Shown here: piece after piece, positions 49,410 through 59,334 of the stretch | Layout of the letters: each line of letters begins with the position of its first letter | How positions within the stretch are numbered: position 1 is the stretch's first letter | IMG/VR virus record: IMGVR_UViG_3300004151_000006 | Coordinates: 124,001 to 188,000 of that record | Reading direction: 5' to 3' (one strand) | DNA length: 64,000 nt | The notes under the pieces: model-generated | Database searches by the model: none | What the model saw: the letters and a program-made list of their open reading frames with translations, nothing else | Told to the model about the DNA's origin: nothing | Program-made: the position numbers and the translations under genes

Positions 49410-49536
49410 CATAGTGGTGATACAATATAAAGATAGATTTTGGCACGACGGTGACCATCATAGTCTGTCCGAACATAGCGTATCACTACGCGTCTGGACG
49501 CATCATTCACCCTTACCTCCATGGAGGAGAACATTC

Positions 49537-51288
49537 ATGGCTCTTACCACTTCGACGACTGGTTCGACTGCTCCCAATGCTCAACCGCAGGGTGCACCCA
49601 CCATGCAGCCCACTGCATCAGCTGCTACCGCTACTGCAGTGTCACCTGATCCGACCATGATCACCACCCCCATCAATACCACTACGGCTCCTCGTCCGGA
49701 AGAGGGTGCTATTCCCAATAAGAAAGATCGCGGCAATATCCGTGACTTGCTCCATAAAGCCCCTATCCCGATGGCCATGAGTGAAGGTGCTACCAAGTAC
49801 ATTGAAGGTCTTAAGAAGTACTACGCTGAACATCAAAATATCGAATACCGAAATATCCGTGTCAATGCTCTGGCCCAGTTGCCCGGCGTCTTCATGGTTG
49901 AATACAATGATCGTGTGGCTCCTCTGATCATGCATGAGATGGTCGGCAGCATGATTGCAGACAACTCTCCTGACACCGTCGTCATGCGTCAGGCTGCCCA
50001 GGTCTATGCCCAGTACGTTCGGGGAAACATCGAAGCTCGGTTTACGCTGCTGCCGGCTGTGGTAATTCATCCTTCGGATTACCACAAGGTCGAGATCATG
50101 GGCAGCATCTTGTCCAACACCCTGTCCAATATCTCCGGACAGGAGTCTATCAATTCAGCAGTTCTCAAAAATGAACCGTTGATCATCTCGATCAACCAGT
50201 CGGAAGTCATGCCGTTCATTGATCGGCTGTCTCCGCATGGCATCCCTGGTCGGCACGACATCGGCTTCAAGCTGAGCCTGGCTCCCCAGAACATGAACTA
50301 CCAGTCCCGCAACGAGATGTTCGGCAACTGGAAAAATGAGATCGAGGATATCGCCGCTGTCACGGCATATACCGAGATTATCACTGGTCCGATTGATCCC
50401 ATGACTGGTATCCCCAAGTTCGTCCCGGTGGTTCATATCACCGACGTTCTGTCGCGTATCCAGGATATCAGGATGTACGTTATCCTGGTTTCCCTGGCTG
50501 CCGAGATCTTCATTCGTCAGGGCCTCTGGGAACACCAGTTCGCCCGTTTTAACAAGGATGAGCCCAACCTTGGATATCTGGTCAATGACCCCAATACCAA
50601 GGACCTCATGTTCATCGATAGTGCTCCGGCACTCAAGAGCTTCATCTATACCTACATGACTCCTCCGGTCCTGGTCGTCGACACCCTGGACGGACGGTCA
50701 CGTATCCCGGATACCGAGTTGACGGTCCTCTCGGCATCTGCGGATCTCAATGCCTACAAGCGGCAGGTCCTGACTAACTGCTTCAAAGAGCTCTGCACCA
50801 CGTTGAGCCTTGATCAGGCCAATGCTCTGGTGCCATTCCAGCCGTATTCTTACGAGAATACCGGATTGGCTTCCATCGGCGGCAGTCTCACGGACACTCG
50901 CGAGATCGACTACCTGCGTCTGGCTACCAACTGGAAGTCTGAAGTCGGCACCGCAGCCCTGCTCATGCAGCGTGCAGCTGGTGCCAAGCCGTCAGATCGT
51001 TTCGATCTGCAGAAGCGCTTCTACAGCGATGCTGTGGCGCTTTACAACAACAACATCATCCGTGTCGATCTGTCTTCCATCGCTGCCATCCAGTCCGAGA
51101 TCAGCCGTAACATCACGTTGGATCGTACGTCCTGGTCTCCCAGCATGGCCAACATCGACCTCACCGGCGCCATCGACGATACCCGCAAGTTCCTCAGTGG
51201 AGCTGGCAGTCTGGGTGTCAATGGCGGAGCCTTCGTCAATATGTCGACCATGTCCATCTATGGTGGGCCTGGTTACTACGGTCGTTAG
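49537..51288 (+). CDS. chmA: Chimallin, phage nuclear shell protein (phiKZ gp54-like)
   Basis: About 583 aa; disordered Thr/Ala/Pro N-terminus and Gly/Tyr C-terminal tail; strong codon bias; early promoter; directly upstream of nvRNAP beta'-N as in phiKZ; LTDTREIDYL. Confidence 0.75.
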   Translation: MALTTSTTGSTAPNAQPQGAPTMQPTASAATATAVSPDPTMITTPINTTTAPRPEEGAIPNKKDRGNIRDLLHKAPIPMAMSEGATKYIEGLKKYYAEHQNIEYRNIRVNALAQLPGVFMVEYNDRVAPLIMHEMVGSMIADNSPDTVVMRQAAQVYAQYVRGNIEARFTLLPAVVIHPSDYHKVEIMGSILSNTLSNISGQESINSAVLKNEPLIISINQSEVMPFIDRLSPHGIPGRHDIGFKLSLAPQNMNYQSRNEMFGNWKNEIEDIAAVTAYTEIITGPIDPMTGIPKFVPVVHITDVLSRIQDIRMYVILVSLAAEIFIRQGLWEHQFARFNKDEPNLGYLVNDPNTKDLMFIDSAPALKSFIYTYMTPPVLVVDTLDGRSRIPDTELTVLSASADLNAYKRQVLTNCFKELCTTLSLDQANALVPFQPYSYENTGLASIGGSLTDTREIDYLRLATNWKSEVGTAALLMQRAAGAKPSDRFDLQKRFYSDAVALYNNNIIRVDLSSIAAIQSEISRNITLDRTSWSPSMANIDLTGAIDDTRKFLSGAGSLGVNGGAFVNMSTMSIYGGPGYYGR

Positions 51289-51306
51289 ACCATCCATCTA
51301 TGGTGG

Positions 51307-51332
51307 GATGCCCCTGCACATGCAGGGGCATC
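51307..51332. terminator. Hairpin after chimallin
   Basis: GATGCCCCTGCA-CA-TGCAGGGGCATC. Confidence 0.6.
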
Positions 51333-51397
51333 TCCCATATATAAATATGCTCTATAAATTTTTATGAATTTATACCCATACTAATCATGTTGTAGGA

Positions 51398-51410
51398 AAA
51401 TATATATCAT
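51398..51410 (+). promoter_or_regulatory. Putative early promoter of nvRNAP beta'-N
   Basis: AAATATATATCAT. Confidence 0.65.
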
Positions 51411-51464
51411 AATGTTGAAGACACAGATAGTCTTTTATATAAATAAAAAGACAGGAGGTCTGAT

Positions 51465-53057
51465 TTGACAGTACCACATTATGCAGATATAAGCAAGGTA
51501 CCTAGTATTTATCATCATCTTAATCTTACTGAATTTGATCTAGATCCTCATGATGGTATCATGGATCGGATTCTTGATCTTGCACGTATTCTCACTCCTA
51601 TTGATTTTGAAAAACTATTTCAACAATCGCATAATGCGGGGATTATCAATCAGGGTCATCTGGTGGTAAAAAAGTTATCTGATGAATTCACTCGTGGTAT
51701 CTTTGCTGAATCAGATCAAGATGTACCATATCAACCACACTGTGAATGTAAAAAATTAAAAGGTCAGATGCACATAAATATGGTATGCCCCATTTGTAAT
51801 ACTAAAGTTTCCAATGAGTTTGTAGATCATTTATCACATGTAGCATGGTTGGGTATCCCCGATGGGCTTCCAAAAATGTTACATCCCGTTTGGTATCTAG
51901 TACTTAGAGATTGGCTTGGTGGTAAGAAAGGTGAATCATCTATCATTGATGCTATCTTAAATCCAGAATTGGAACTACCTAAAGATCTTAAAGCTATCAT
52001 CCCTGAACAAAGTTATATGTATTTTTATAATCATGCTGATGAAATTATGCAGGTATTGATGAATTTATATGAACCAACTAAACGAAAGAAATATACACCA
52101 TGGATTAAACGAATGTATCATGAATTTAAAGATATCATGTTTACCTCTAAGTTTCCAATTTTACACAATAGTTTACATCCATTTATGTCTGGTAGTTCCA
52201 CATTAAAATATGTAGATAAACCTTGTAAAGAGATCCTCAATGCTATCTTTGATCTTTCTGCTATTACATTTAGTTATCATACTCAATGGAAAGATAGATT
52301 GCTTACTGAAAAGAGAAAGAAAGAAATCAATAAAACACTTTATGATATTTACCGTAATGTTGTTGCATATTACATTGTGTTGATCAATGAGAAAGTTGGT
52401 AAGAAATCAGCTATCATGCGTAAACATAATTTTGGTACTCGAATGCATTTCACTATCAGATCAGTCGTAGTACCAATTACGGGTGCACATGATCCAGATG
52501 AAATTTATTTACCTTGGAAGTGTATAGTCAATGCCTATAAGTTGGAAATAATCGGAAGATTGGTAGATGATTATGGAATAGAAGCACCAAAAGCATATGT
52601 AAAACATCTTAATGCACTAGTGCATTATGATCCAATGATCCATGATATCATGCTCAAATTGATGAAGGAATGTCCATTTAAAGGTCTTCCTTTTCTCATA
52701 GGTAGAAATCCCACATTACGTTTATTTTCTATCATGCAATTGTTTTGTACTAAAATCAAAACAGATCTTCATGATCAGACTATTTCAATTTCTCCTCTGA
52801 TCCTTAAAGGAAGTAATACTGATTTTGATGGTGATGAATTAAATGGTGTCAATATCAAAGAAATGGCAGGTGTAATAGATATGGATACTATGCATCCAAG
52901 AGAAGCAGTACTGGATACGAATTCACCAAATGTATCCACATTGGTCATGCCATCAAATCAAGCATTACAAAATGCACACAGATTTGTACATCAAAATCCA
53001 GATATTGGTTATATCATTATGGGTGGTGGAAATACAGTCGGAGGTATGGCAGCATGA
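51465..53057 (+). CDS. Non-virion multisubunit RNA polymerase beta'-N subunit (phiKZ gp55-like), uninterrupted
   Basis: Zn finger CEC...CPIC, RKHNFGTRMHFTIRSVV, GRNPTL, catalytic NTDFDGDELN. Confidence 0.9.
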   Translation: MTVPHYADISKVPSIYHHLNLTEFDLDPHDGIMDRILDLARILTPIDFEKLFQQSHNAGIINQGHLVVKKLSDEFTRGIFAESDQDVPYQPHCECKKLKGQMHINMVCPICNTKVSNEFVDHLSHVAWLGIPDGLPKMLHPVWYLVLRDWLGGKKGESSIIDAILNPELELPKDLKAIIPEQSYMYFYNHADEIMQVLMNLYEPTKRKKYTPWIKRMYHEFKDIMFTSKFPILHNSLHPFMSGSSTLKYVDKPCKEILNAIFDLSAITFSYHTQWKDRLLTEKRKKEINKTLYDIYRNVVAYYIVLINEKVGKKSAIMRKHNFGTRMHFTIRSVVVPITGAHDPDEIYLPWKCIVNAYKLEIIGRLVDDYGIEAPKAYVKHLNALVHYDPMIHDIMLKLMKECPFKGLPFLIGRNPTLRLFSIMQLFCTKIKTDLHDQTISISPLILKGSNTDFDGDELNGVNIKEMAGVIDMDTMHPREAVLDTNSPNVSTLVMPSNQALQNAHRFVHQNPDIGYIIMGGGNTVGGMAA

Positions 53058-53707
53058 GTTATAGTTATACTCGCATTGAGCTTCCCAATAATGCTGCTAC
53101 CATTGGTCAACTCTTTGGAAATGTCTCTACATCAGATTGTTTGAAACAGATAGCTCAGAATTTTGGATATAATACTTCTTATTTTGGTAGTGATGCAGAT
53201 CCAACAAGAAATATGTATGCATATTTTCGTGAAGTCACATATGCACCATATCTTCAGACTGCTGAATGTTTTAAACAAGCAAATGCAATCATAGATAGAC
53301 AAGATGTATTTACACCAATCACTACAATAGAACAATTAAAAGAGGGTCCTCCCCCATGTATGTGGGTACCTATCTTGATGTATCCCCCAATGATGGAACT
53401 CCTTAAAGATGAAAAGATCTGTGGATATGGATATGATCCTAATAGTTTTCCTGAAGTAGATCCTGATCCTTATGGTAGATTGATCAACAATGGTACTATT
53501 CAATTGATCAATGATAATACAGTGTTTAATGATAAAAATGATCCCAATGCATTTTATGTTGAAGAAGTGTATACTACATACGATCCTAAAGTGACTGAGG
53601 ATGAACTCAATGCATTAGAGAAAACTAGGAAGTTTTTGGATATGTTCATGACTGCTGAAGATACCATGTATTTGGATCCAACGAATCCATTTGAGTTAAG
53701 GGGCTAA
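53054..53707 (+). CDS. Conserved jumbo-phage protein (possible phiKZ gp59/Imp3 position)
   Basis: Overlaps the RNAP stop; C-terminal DPT motif; assignment from synteny only. Confidence 0.5.
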   Translation: MSYSYTRIELPNNAATIGQLFGNVSTSDCLKQIAQNFGYNTSYFGSDADPTRNMYAYFREVTYAPYLQTAECFKQANAIIDRQDVFTPITTIEQLKEGPPPCMWVPILMYPPMMELLKDEKICGYGYDPNSFPEVDPDPYGRLINNGTIQLINDNTVFNDKNDPNAFYVEEVYTTYDPKVTEDELNALEKTRKFLDMFMTAEDTMYLDPTNPFELRG

Positions 53708-53711
53708 TGAA

Positions 53712-53737
53712 TGGGGAGCTAGATATCTAGCTCCCCA
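53712..53737. terminator. Loopless palindrome
   Basis: TGGGGAGCTAGATATCTAGCTCCCCA. Confidence 0.6.
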
Positions 53738-53773
53738 CTAATATAATCCACAACCACCATTGGAGGATATCTA

Positions 53774-55276
53774 ATGGATATCAAGCCTATAGACAATTCC
53801 ATCTCTAAAACACTTGATGCTTGTAGTGAAGAAGAATTGTCACATATGTCATCAAATTATCCTTTTATCATTAAAGCTGGTAAAATTCCAGACTGCTGTC
53901 TGAATTATAATAATTTACTTCCTATTTGGCTTTATCATTGTGGTACTGCACCCCTTGGCTATGTGACTGCACAAGAGATGATCTTTCAATGTAAATCTTG
54001 TGGAAGACATATTTTGGCTAAAATATTCTTTGCAGTCAATGGTACGTGTTATGTGACTCAAGAAAATTCACGTGAAGTATTGTTTAGAAATGATGCATTG
54101 AAAGATACTCTTAATCGTATGTGGTATATCTTTAAGATTCCGAATAGTCTTAATCAAAGTGAATTAATTCAGTATCATCAACTTGCTGAAAATAATAGAT
54201 TTGCTTTCAATCTCGGTAATGGTAAATTGATGACATATCTTGAAGATATATCTGCTTGTGATTCCAATATGAATACTATTTCTACTACTGAGACACTTCA
54301 GATCATTGAAGGATCCATTCCTCCAGTAGAACTCAAAGGTAATGAACCAGATATGTTGACTATAGATGAATTGCCCCCTATTTTGACACCAGAAGAATTA
54401 GTTGAACAGGGAAAAGAAGTGTTACCTAAATTGAAATGTGATGCTAATCTTTTAGATACGGATTCAATAATGAAATATGATACTGTTATTTTGACTACTG
54501 AAAATGGTGTAAAATGTATCGATTATCCGATTTCTGAAGAAACTATAAAAAATATGAAAGATATTCCAATGATCAATAAGTATCTTCAGAAGCTTAAGAC
54601 TGGTGAATCACTCACTGAAGAAGATTTGGTAGCTAAGAAAATACACGATCTTATTATTGAAGGTGGACCAGTAGCTAAGGCTAATTTTGATATCAAGGGA
54701 AAAGAGAAAACTCTATTGAAAGATACCTTCTGTTTTAGAATAGGTGGTGATGTTACTAAAAATGATAATTCTAATGTTGGTTACAAGAATAAAATAGAAT
54801 TTTATAATGTGTATTGTAAATCACTTTCTTTATTGCCAAATCGTGATGAGATACTTGATCAGGGTACTATACGATTAAAACATATGTATCTTCAAGATGT
54901 TGCAATAAATCAATCTAATACGAGTGAAACACCTAAACAAAAGATCAATTTGATACTTAGAAATGTAGTATATGAAAAGATTGATATCACATCTAAACAA
55001 ACTTATTATGAATATGTGGATAAACTTATTGTTGAACTTGATAGTGAAAAATCAAATGATCAAGTATGTATTAATATTCTTCTTAATATTGAAGCTGGAG
55101 AATGGACAATCAATTATATCAATATGGGTGAAACTGTAGTTGATGAAGATTTTAAATTTGATGAAGTGGTGGAAGATACTGATGGTGTCCATACCGAACT
55201 CTCATGTGGTAAAGAAGGATATAATGATTTGGATGGTGAGTGTGCTAGATGTAGAAATAGAGAATGTGATAGTTAA
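53774..55276 (+). CDS. Hypothetical protein with N- and C-terminal Cys clusters
   Basis: HCG...CKSC; C-terminal CGKEGY....ECARCRNREC. Confidence 0.65.
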   Translation: MDIKPIDNSISKTLDACSEEELSHMSSNYPFIIKAGKIPDCCLNYNNLLPIWLYHCGTAPLGYVTAQEMIFQCKSCGRHILAKIFFAVNGTCYVTQENSREVLFRNDALKDTLNRMWYIFKIPNSLNQSELIQYHQLAENNRFAFNLGNGKLMTYLEDISACDSNMNTISTTETLQIIEGSIPPVELKGNEPDMLTIDELPPILTPEELVEQGKEVLPKLKCDANLLDTDSIMKYDTVILTTENGVKCIDYPISEETIKNMKDIPMINKYLQKLKTGESLTEEDLVAKKIHDLIIEGGPVAKANFDIKGKEKTLLKDTFCFRIGGDVTKNDNSNVGYKNKIEFYNVYCKSLSLLPNRDEILDQGTIRLKHMYLQDVAINQSNTSETPKQKINLILRNVVYEKIDITSKQTYYEYVDKLIVELDSEKSNDQVCINILLNIEAGEWTINYINMGETVVDEDFKFDEVVEDTDGVHTELSCGKEGYNDLDGECARCRNRECDS

Positions 55277-55285
55277 CTATTAATG

Positions 55286-55317
55286 TGGATAGGGGACCCA
55301 TTTGGGTCCCCTATCCA
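55286..55317. terminator. Perfect hairpin, near-copy of the 25325 element
   Basis: TGGATAGGGGACCCA-TT-TGGGTCCCCTATCCA. Confidence 0.6.
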
Positions 55318-55386
55318 TACGTTTAAATATACGATTTATGGTCAAGATATAGGGATTTATATATTTTTTCAAGGAGATCACTATAT

Positions 55387-55830
55387 ATGTCTACTACACC
55401 AATTCGGATGTTGCCAGTACTTAGTAGTGTGACAGGTATTCTTACTGATATACATGAAATCACAGCTAGTATTATTAGATTTGTCATGTGCACACCTGGG
55501 ACCACATCTAGTTACGTAGAAGAAGAATTGGTTTCTTTTAGATATTTAGCTGGTAAAGTGGGATATGATAAAGATCAAATGTGTAAGATGTTAGAAGTTG
55601 GACTTACTGGTATTTTTCAAAGATATTTTCCAGACCACACACCAATTGTAGCAGTGACAAATGCACCATATGAAGGAAATGAATTGGAGTTTAGATATAC
55701 CATTACCATTGACGTCACTTATCGTACAAGTGATGGGGATATCATTTCTGGTATTGAAGCTGGTACTTTCTTAGTAGATTCAGATAACAGGATTACTCTT
55801 AAATTCAACAATAGTAGCACTACCATTTAA
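55387..55830 (+). CDS. Conserved hypothetical / possible virion protein
   Basis: AAGGAG RBS; within the core block. Confidence 0.55.
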   Translation: MSTTPIRMLPVLSSVTGILTDIHEITASIIRFVMCTPGTTSSYVEEELVSFRYLAGKVGYDKDQMCKMLEVGLTGIFQRYFPDHTPIVAVTNAPYEGNELEFRYTITIDVTYRTSDGDIISGIEAGTFLVDSDNRITLKFNNSSTTI

Positions 55831-55841
55831 GGAGAAACCAT

Positions 55842-56600
55842 ATGACAAAACCAGACTTTGGTGATCTTAGAGCACCACGTGGTAGAGAACGTGATTTGGA
55901 AAATATGGTAACACATTTCAGAAAATTACAAAATTCATTAATCATATTTACTGAATCTGAATTTAGTAAATACACACCAATTTATATGGCTGAATATAGA
56001 AAGGAAGTATCTGAATATACACCAAGTGAATTGGAATTTATTGCAAACTTATCTAAAGAGTTTCATTCTAGAATTGATCTTTATAAACCAACATATGTTG
56101 TGAGTGATCAATTAACACCTATCCAAAAAGAACTTCAACTCAGTAGAACAAACCATGAACAAATATTCACTGCTGGGGAAAAATTATATATCTATTTTGG
56201 AAATAACATACTTAGAGAAGTACTCTTTATTCTTCCAGAAATACAACAACCTTTTAGTTCACTTAAAACCACTGAAGCTAAAGAAGCTGTTGACATTTGT
56301 CAAAATATTACAGCTAATGCACATGATCAGCCATGGAAAGTCTCTGAAGCAGTGAATAATTTAGCGCACCATATGTTTGCTTCTCAAGATATGGATCAGA
56401 CCGTAATTAATGGTAAGAATTTTATGCAACATGTGATCAAGCTTCATAACTCAAAATATTTCAATACTAAGATCACTGCATCTGGAAAATTAGAATATAA
56501 ACAAGATAACTCTGTTATACCAACAATAAATCCTACAACTACTCCAATAGATAAAGTTGATAAAAAAGGAGATGTGTCATTAGACGATCTTTTTGATTAA
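55842..56600 (+). CDS. Hypothetical protein ending in DDLFD
   Basis: AAGGAG RBS; core block before SbcD. Confidence 0.65.
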   Translation: MTKPDFGDLRAPRGRERDLENMVTHFRKLQNSLIIFTESEFSKYTPIYMAEYRKEVSEYTPSELEFIANLSKEFHSRIDLYKPTYVVSDQLTPIQKELQLSRTNHEQIFTAGEKLYIYFGNNILREVLFILPEIQQPFSSLKTTEAKEAVDICQNITANAHDQPWKVSEAVNNLAHHMFASQDMDQTVINGKNFMQHVIKLHNSKYFNTKITASGKLEYKQDNSVIPTINPTTTPIDKVDKKGDVSLDDLFD

Positions 56601-56616
56601 GGAGGGTCAATATCTT

Positions 56617-57759
56617 GTGATTAAACAACTTTATATATCTGATCTTCATTTTGGAAAATCTAGGATAGATCCAATACGATTAAGAGAGACTTTATTAGAA
56701 GAAATAGCTAAAGAGATAGAGGATGTTCAAATCATATTTTTTTGTGGTGATATGTTTAATCAGATGTTATTTTTAGATCATCCTGCAGCATATCAAGCTA
56801 TATTGTTTATTACTGGAGTATTGCATTTAGCTAAACAACACAATGTGATAGTGAGATTTTTGCGTGGTACATATACCCATGACAGGGAACAACAGAGAAT
56901 TATTGATGGTCTCGGTATCCAGGGTGTAAACTATCGAGTCATCAATGAAATTTATGTGGAAACTATTAGTGATTGGAATAATAATGATACTGGTAAATTG
57001 AAAATACTCTATTTACCAGATTCATTACCATACAGAAACATTATTCAGATCTATAATAAAATTAAAGAGCTTTATACTTTAGTTGGTTGGGATAAATGTG
57101 ATTTGATCATTGGACATGGGGCATTTAGTCATTGTTTTCCTGAACATATAAAACTTCCACCGTGTGTTTATACAGTGAATGACATAAATCAATTTGTTAG
57201 TGGGTATGTGGTCATGGGGCATATACATACTCCCAGTAAAAAAGAAAATGTCATATATGTGGGTAGTTTTGAACGTATGTCCCATGGTGAAGAAGAAAAG
57301 AAAGGATATTTGATTGGTTATAAAGATCAAGATCATTGGAAATTTAAATTCAAAGAAAACAAACAGGCCACACTCTTTATCACCATGTATCCGAAAGAAC
57401 ATACAAAAGAAAATCTCCTTAATGAGGTCTATCAATTTATTGAAAATAAGTTTCCTAATCAGACTGGATATCTTCGTATTATACACCATGATCCAGAATT
57501 TAAATCTATCATTTTAAACATCTGTTATCAAAAATATCCAAACATTAAGATTACCTTTAAAAATGATACTACACATAAATCTGAAATGGAATTAGATGAA
57601 TGTGATATTGATGCTACTTTAGAAGTAGATACTTTATCAATAGAAAATATAGCAGCACATATAACTGATGTATTGGCTAAAGATAGTATTTATGGAACAT
57701 ATCACTATGGATATGATGAAATACGAAATACATTAGAAATATTATCTTTGAAAAAATAG
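56617..57759 (+). CDS. sbcD: SbcD/Mre11-like metallophosphoesterase nuclease
   Basis: SDLHFG, CGDMF, RGTYTHD, IGHG, MGHIH, YVGSF.R.SHGEE; GGAGG RBS before GTG 56617. Confidence 0.9.
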   Translation: MIKQLYISDLHFGKSRIDPIRLRETLLEEIAKEIEDVQIIFFCGDMFNQMLFLDHPAAYQAILFITGVLHLAKQHNVIVRFLRGTYTHDREQQRIIDGLGIQGVNYRVINEIYVETISDWNNNDTGKLKILYLPDSLPYRNIIQIYNKIKELYTLVGWDKCDLIIGHGAFSHCFPEHIKLPPCVYTVNDINQFVSGYVVMGHIHTPSKKENVIYVGSFERMSHGEEEKKGYLIGYKDQDHWKFKFKENKQATLFITMYPKEHTKENLLNEVYQFIENKFPNQTGYLRIIHHDPEFKSIILNICYQKYPNIKITFKNDTTHKSEMELDECDIDATLEVDTLSIENIAAHITDVLAKDSIYGTYHYGYDEIRNTLEILSLKK

Positions 57760-57769
57760 GAGATAGATT

Positions 57770-58615
57770 ATGGATTTAGAAAATATTAACAATGTTGCTG
57801 GGGATGGGAGCTTTGGATTAGCTCCCATCCTCAATATGTTTTCCACACATGCCAATAATAAAAATAGGCCAAAATGGGATCTTTATGTAGTCAACATGCT
57901 TACACTTATTAGAAATAATCAACAAAAAGGAAAACAACTATCGGTACTTATTAATAATACTATTAGAGATGCAGAGTTACTTATTACACATATTGAAAAT
58001 TATGTGGAGTTGGATAAATTAAGTCTTAGTCAACCGACACTTATTATTTATATACCTTTTTATCAAATACCACAATTATATGTGAAAAAGATTTCACCAT
58101 CTTTAGTTGAACAACAATTGGCTTGTGATAAAATACGGAATCAATTGAAACCAAGAGTCTATACTCAAGGTAGCCTTACCATCCATGTGGTGTATGTTGG
58201 TAGTAATAGATCTACTCCAAAATGTGAATTAATCAATTATATCAATGCACAGATATCCAATAGTTATAAGTTTAAACGCACTGCTATCATTTCACATATT
58301 GCTATGGATCTACATCTTTTTCAAGATATAGTTGAGATTATATTGATTGAATGCTTTACAGGTAAACTTAAAAAGAGTAATGTGTTTAATGAAAAAGTCT
58401 TTAATACAAAAGAACTTCCATTTCATCCTTACATACATTTACTATTGGGTGACAATACTTTTATTAAACGAACACTTAAGAAAAAACAATATGATGAATT
58501 ATTGGCTTTTGCAAAATCACATTCTTGGAAGTATCGACCTACCGTCCTCATAGAGAAGGATCTTCTCTCCATGAAGTTAGTGGAAGATAAGCACTTCTTT
58601 GAATATAAACTTTAA
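57770..58615 (+). CDS. Conserved jumbo-phage protein (phiKZ gp66 position)
   Basis: VNMLTLIRN, ISH...DL, LIECFTG, LLGD; synteny. Confidence 0.55.
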   Translation: MDLENINNVAGDGSFGLAPILNMFSTHANNKNRPKWDLYVVNMLTLIRNNQQKGKQLSVLINNTIRDAELLITHIENYVELDKLSLSQPTLIIYIPFYQIPQLYVKKISPSLVEQQLACDKIRNQLKPRVYTQGSLTIHVVYVGSNRSTPKCELINYINAQISNSYKFKRTAIISHIAMDLHLFQDIVEIILIECFTGKLKKSNVFNEKVFNTKELPFHPYIHLLLGDNTFIKRTLKKKQYDELLAFAKSHSWKYRPTVLIEKDLLSMKLVEDKHFFEYKL

Positions 58616-58638
58616 CACCCATACCGTGGGGAAGGAGC

Positions 58639-59256
58639 ATGATCTTTATGTCTGATGCACCCAATTATAATAATTTGTGGTCTACCACTTCACGTGAAAA
58701 GGATCAAAAGAATTCTAATCAGTTGTCATTTGGTGTATTTAATCGTATTGCTGGTTTTTCTGTCTTTATGGGTGATAGTCCTGGACGTCCGAAATTTAAA
58801 CACTCTCTCAATAATGAAAGTATTGTACTTCTGGAAGAATACATTGATACTTTGCTTAATGCTAAAGGTGAACATAAAGAATATTTGATTTCTACCAAAT
58901 ACAACATGGAAACTAAACAATCAGAAAAGATCTCTCAGATCACATTTATTCGTGATGAAAAAGGTATCTTTCATATCGAATGCTACAATAAAGAATTAGG
59001 TAGTCCGGTGATGTTCACTCTTCGATCTACGACTACATACACTACTGGTGGAGATGGTATCTCTGTTGCTAAAAAATCTGAACTTGCTATGAAGAGTCTT
59101 AAGAAAACCTTGCAGGATATCAATTTAGCTAAGTGGAATTCTCCTGCTATGGCACCCAATCGTAATGGTGGTGGTAAGTTTGGTGGAAACAATGGTAGTA
59201 ATAGTTCTGGTAGTGGTGGTAGTAAACCCAGTGGTGGTGATGATCTGTTCGATTGA
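58639..59256 (+). CDS. Conserved protein with Gly/Ser linker and acidic DDLFD tail (phiKZ gp67 position; SSB-like architecture)
   Basis: NGGGKFGGNNGSNSSGSGGSKPSGGDDLFD. Confidence 0.55.
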   Translation: MIFMSDAPNYNNLWSTTSREKDQKNSNQLSFGVFNRIAGFSVFMGDSPGRPKFKHSLNNESIVLLEEYIDTLLNAKGEHKEYLISTKYNMETKQSEKISQITFIRDEKGIFHIECYNKELGSPVMFTLRSTTTYTTGGDGISVAKKSELAMKSLKKTLQDINLAKWNSPAMAPNRNGGGKFGGNNGSNSSGSGGSKPSGGDDLFD

Positions 59257-59270
59257 TCATAGATCGGATG

Positions 59271-59297
59271 TAGAGGAGACCCAATGGGTCTCCTCTA
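59271..59297. terminator. Perfect hairpin
   Basis: TAGAGGAGACCCA-A-TGGGTCTCCTCTA. Confidence 0.6.
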
Positions 59298-59321
59298 TGT
59301 ACTGTGTTTCATCATGAGAAT

Positions 59322-59334
59322 AAATATATATTAC
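59322..59334 (+). promoter_or_regulatory. Putative early promoter
   Basis: AAATATATATTAC. Confidence 0.7.

Noticed and set aside
51465-53057. Intron or intein in the RNAP subunit (the phiKZ homolog is intron-split)
   Set aside because: The ORF is continuous through DFDGD, with no homing endonuclease or intein motifs.
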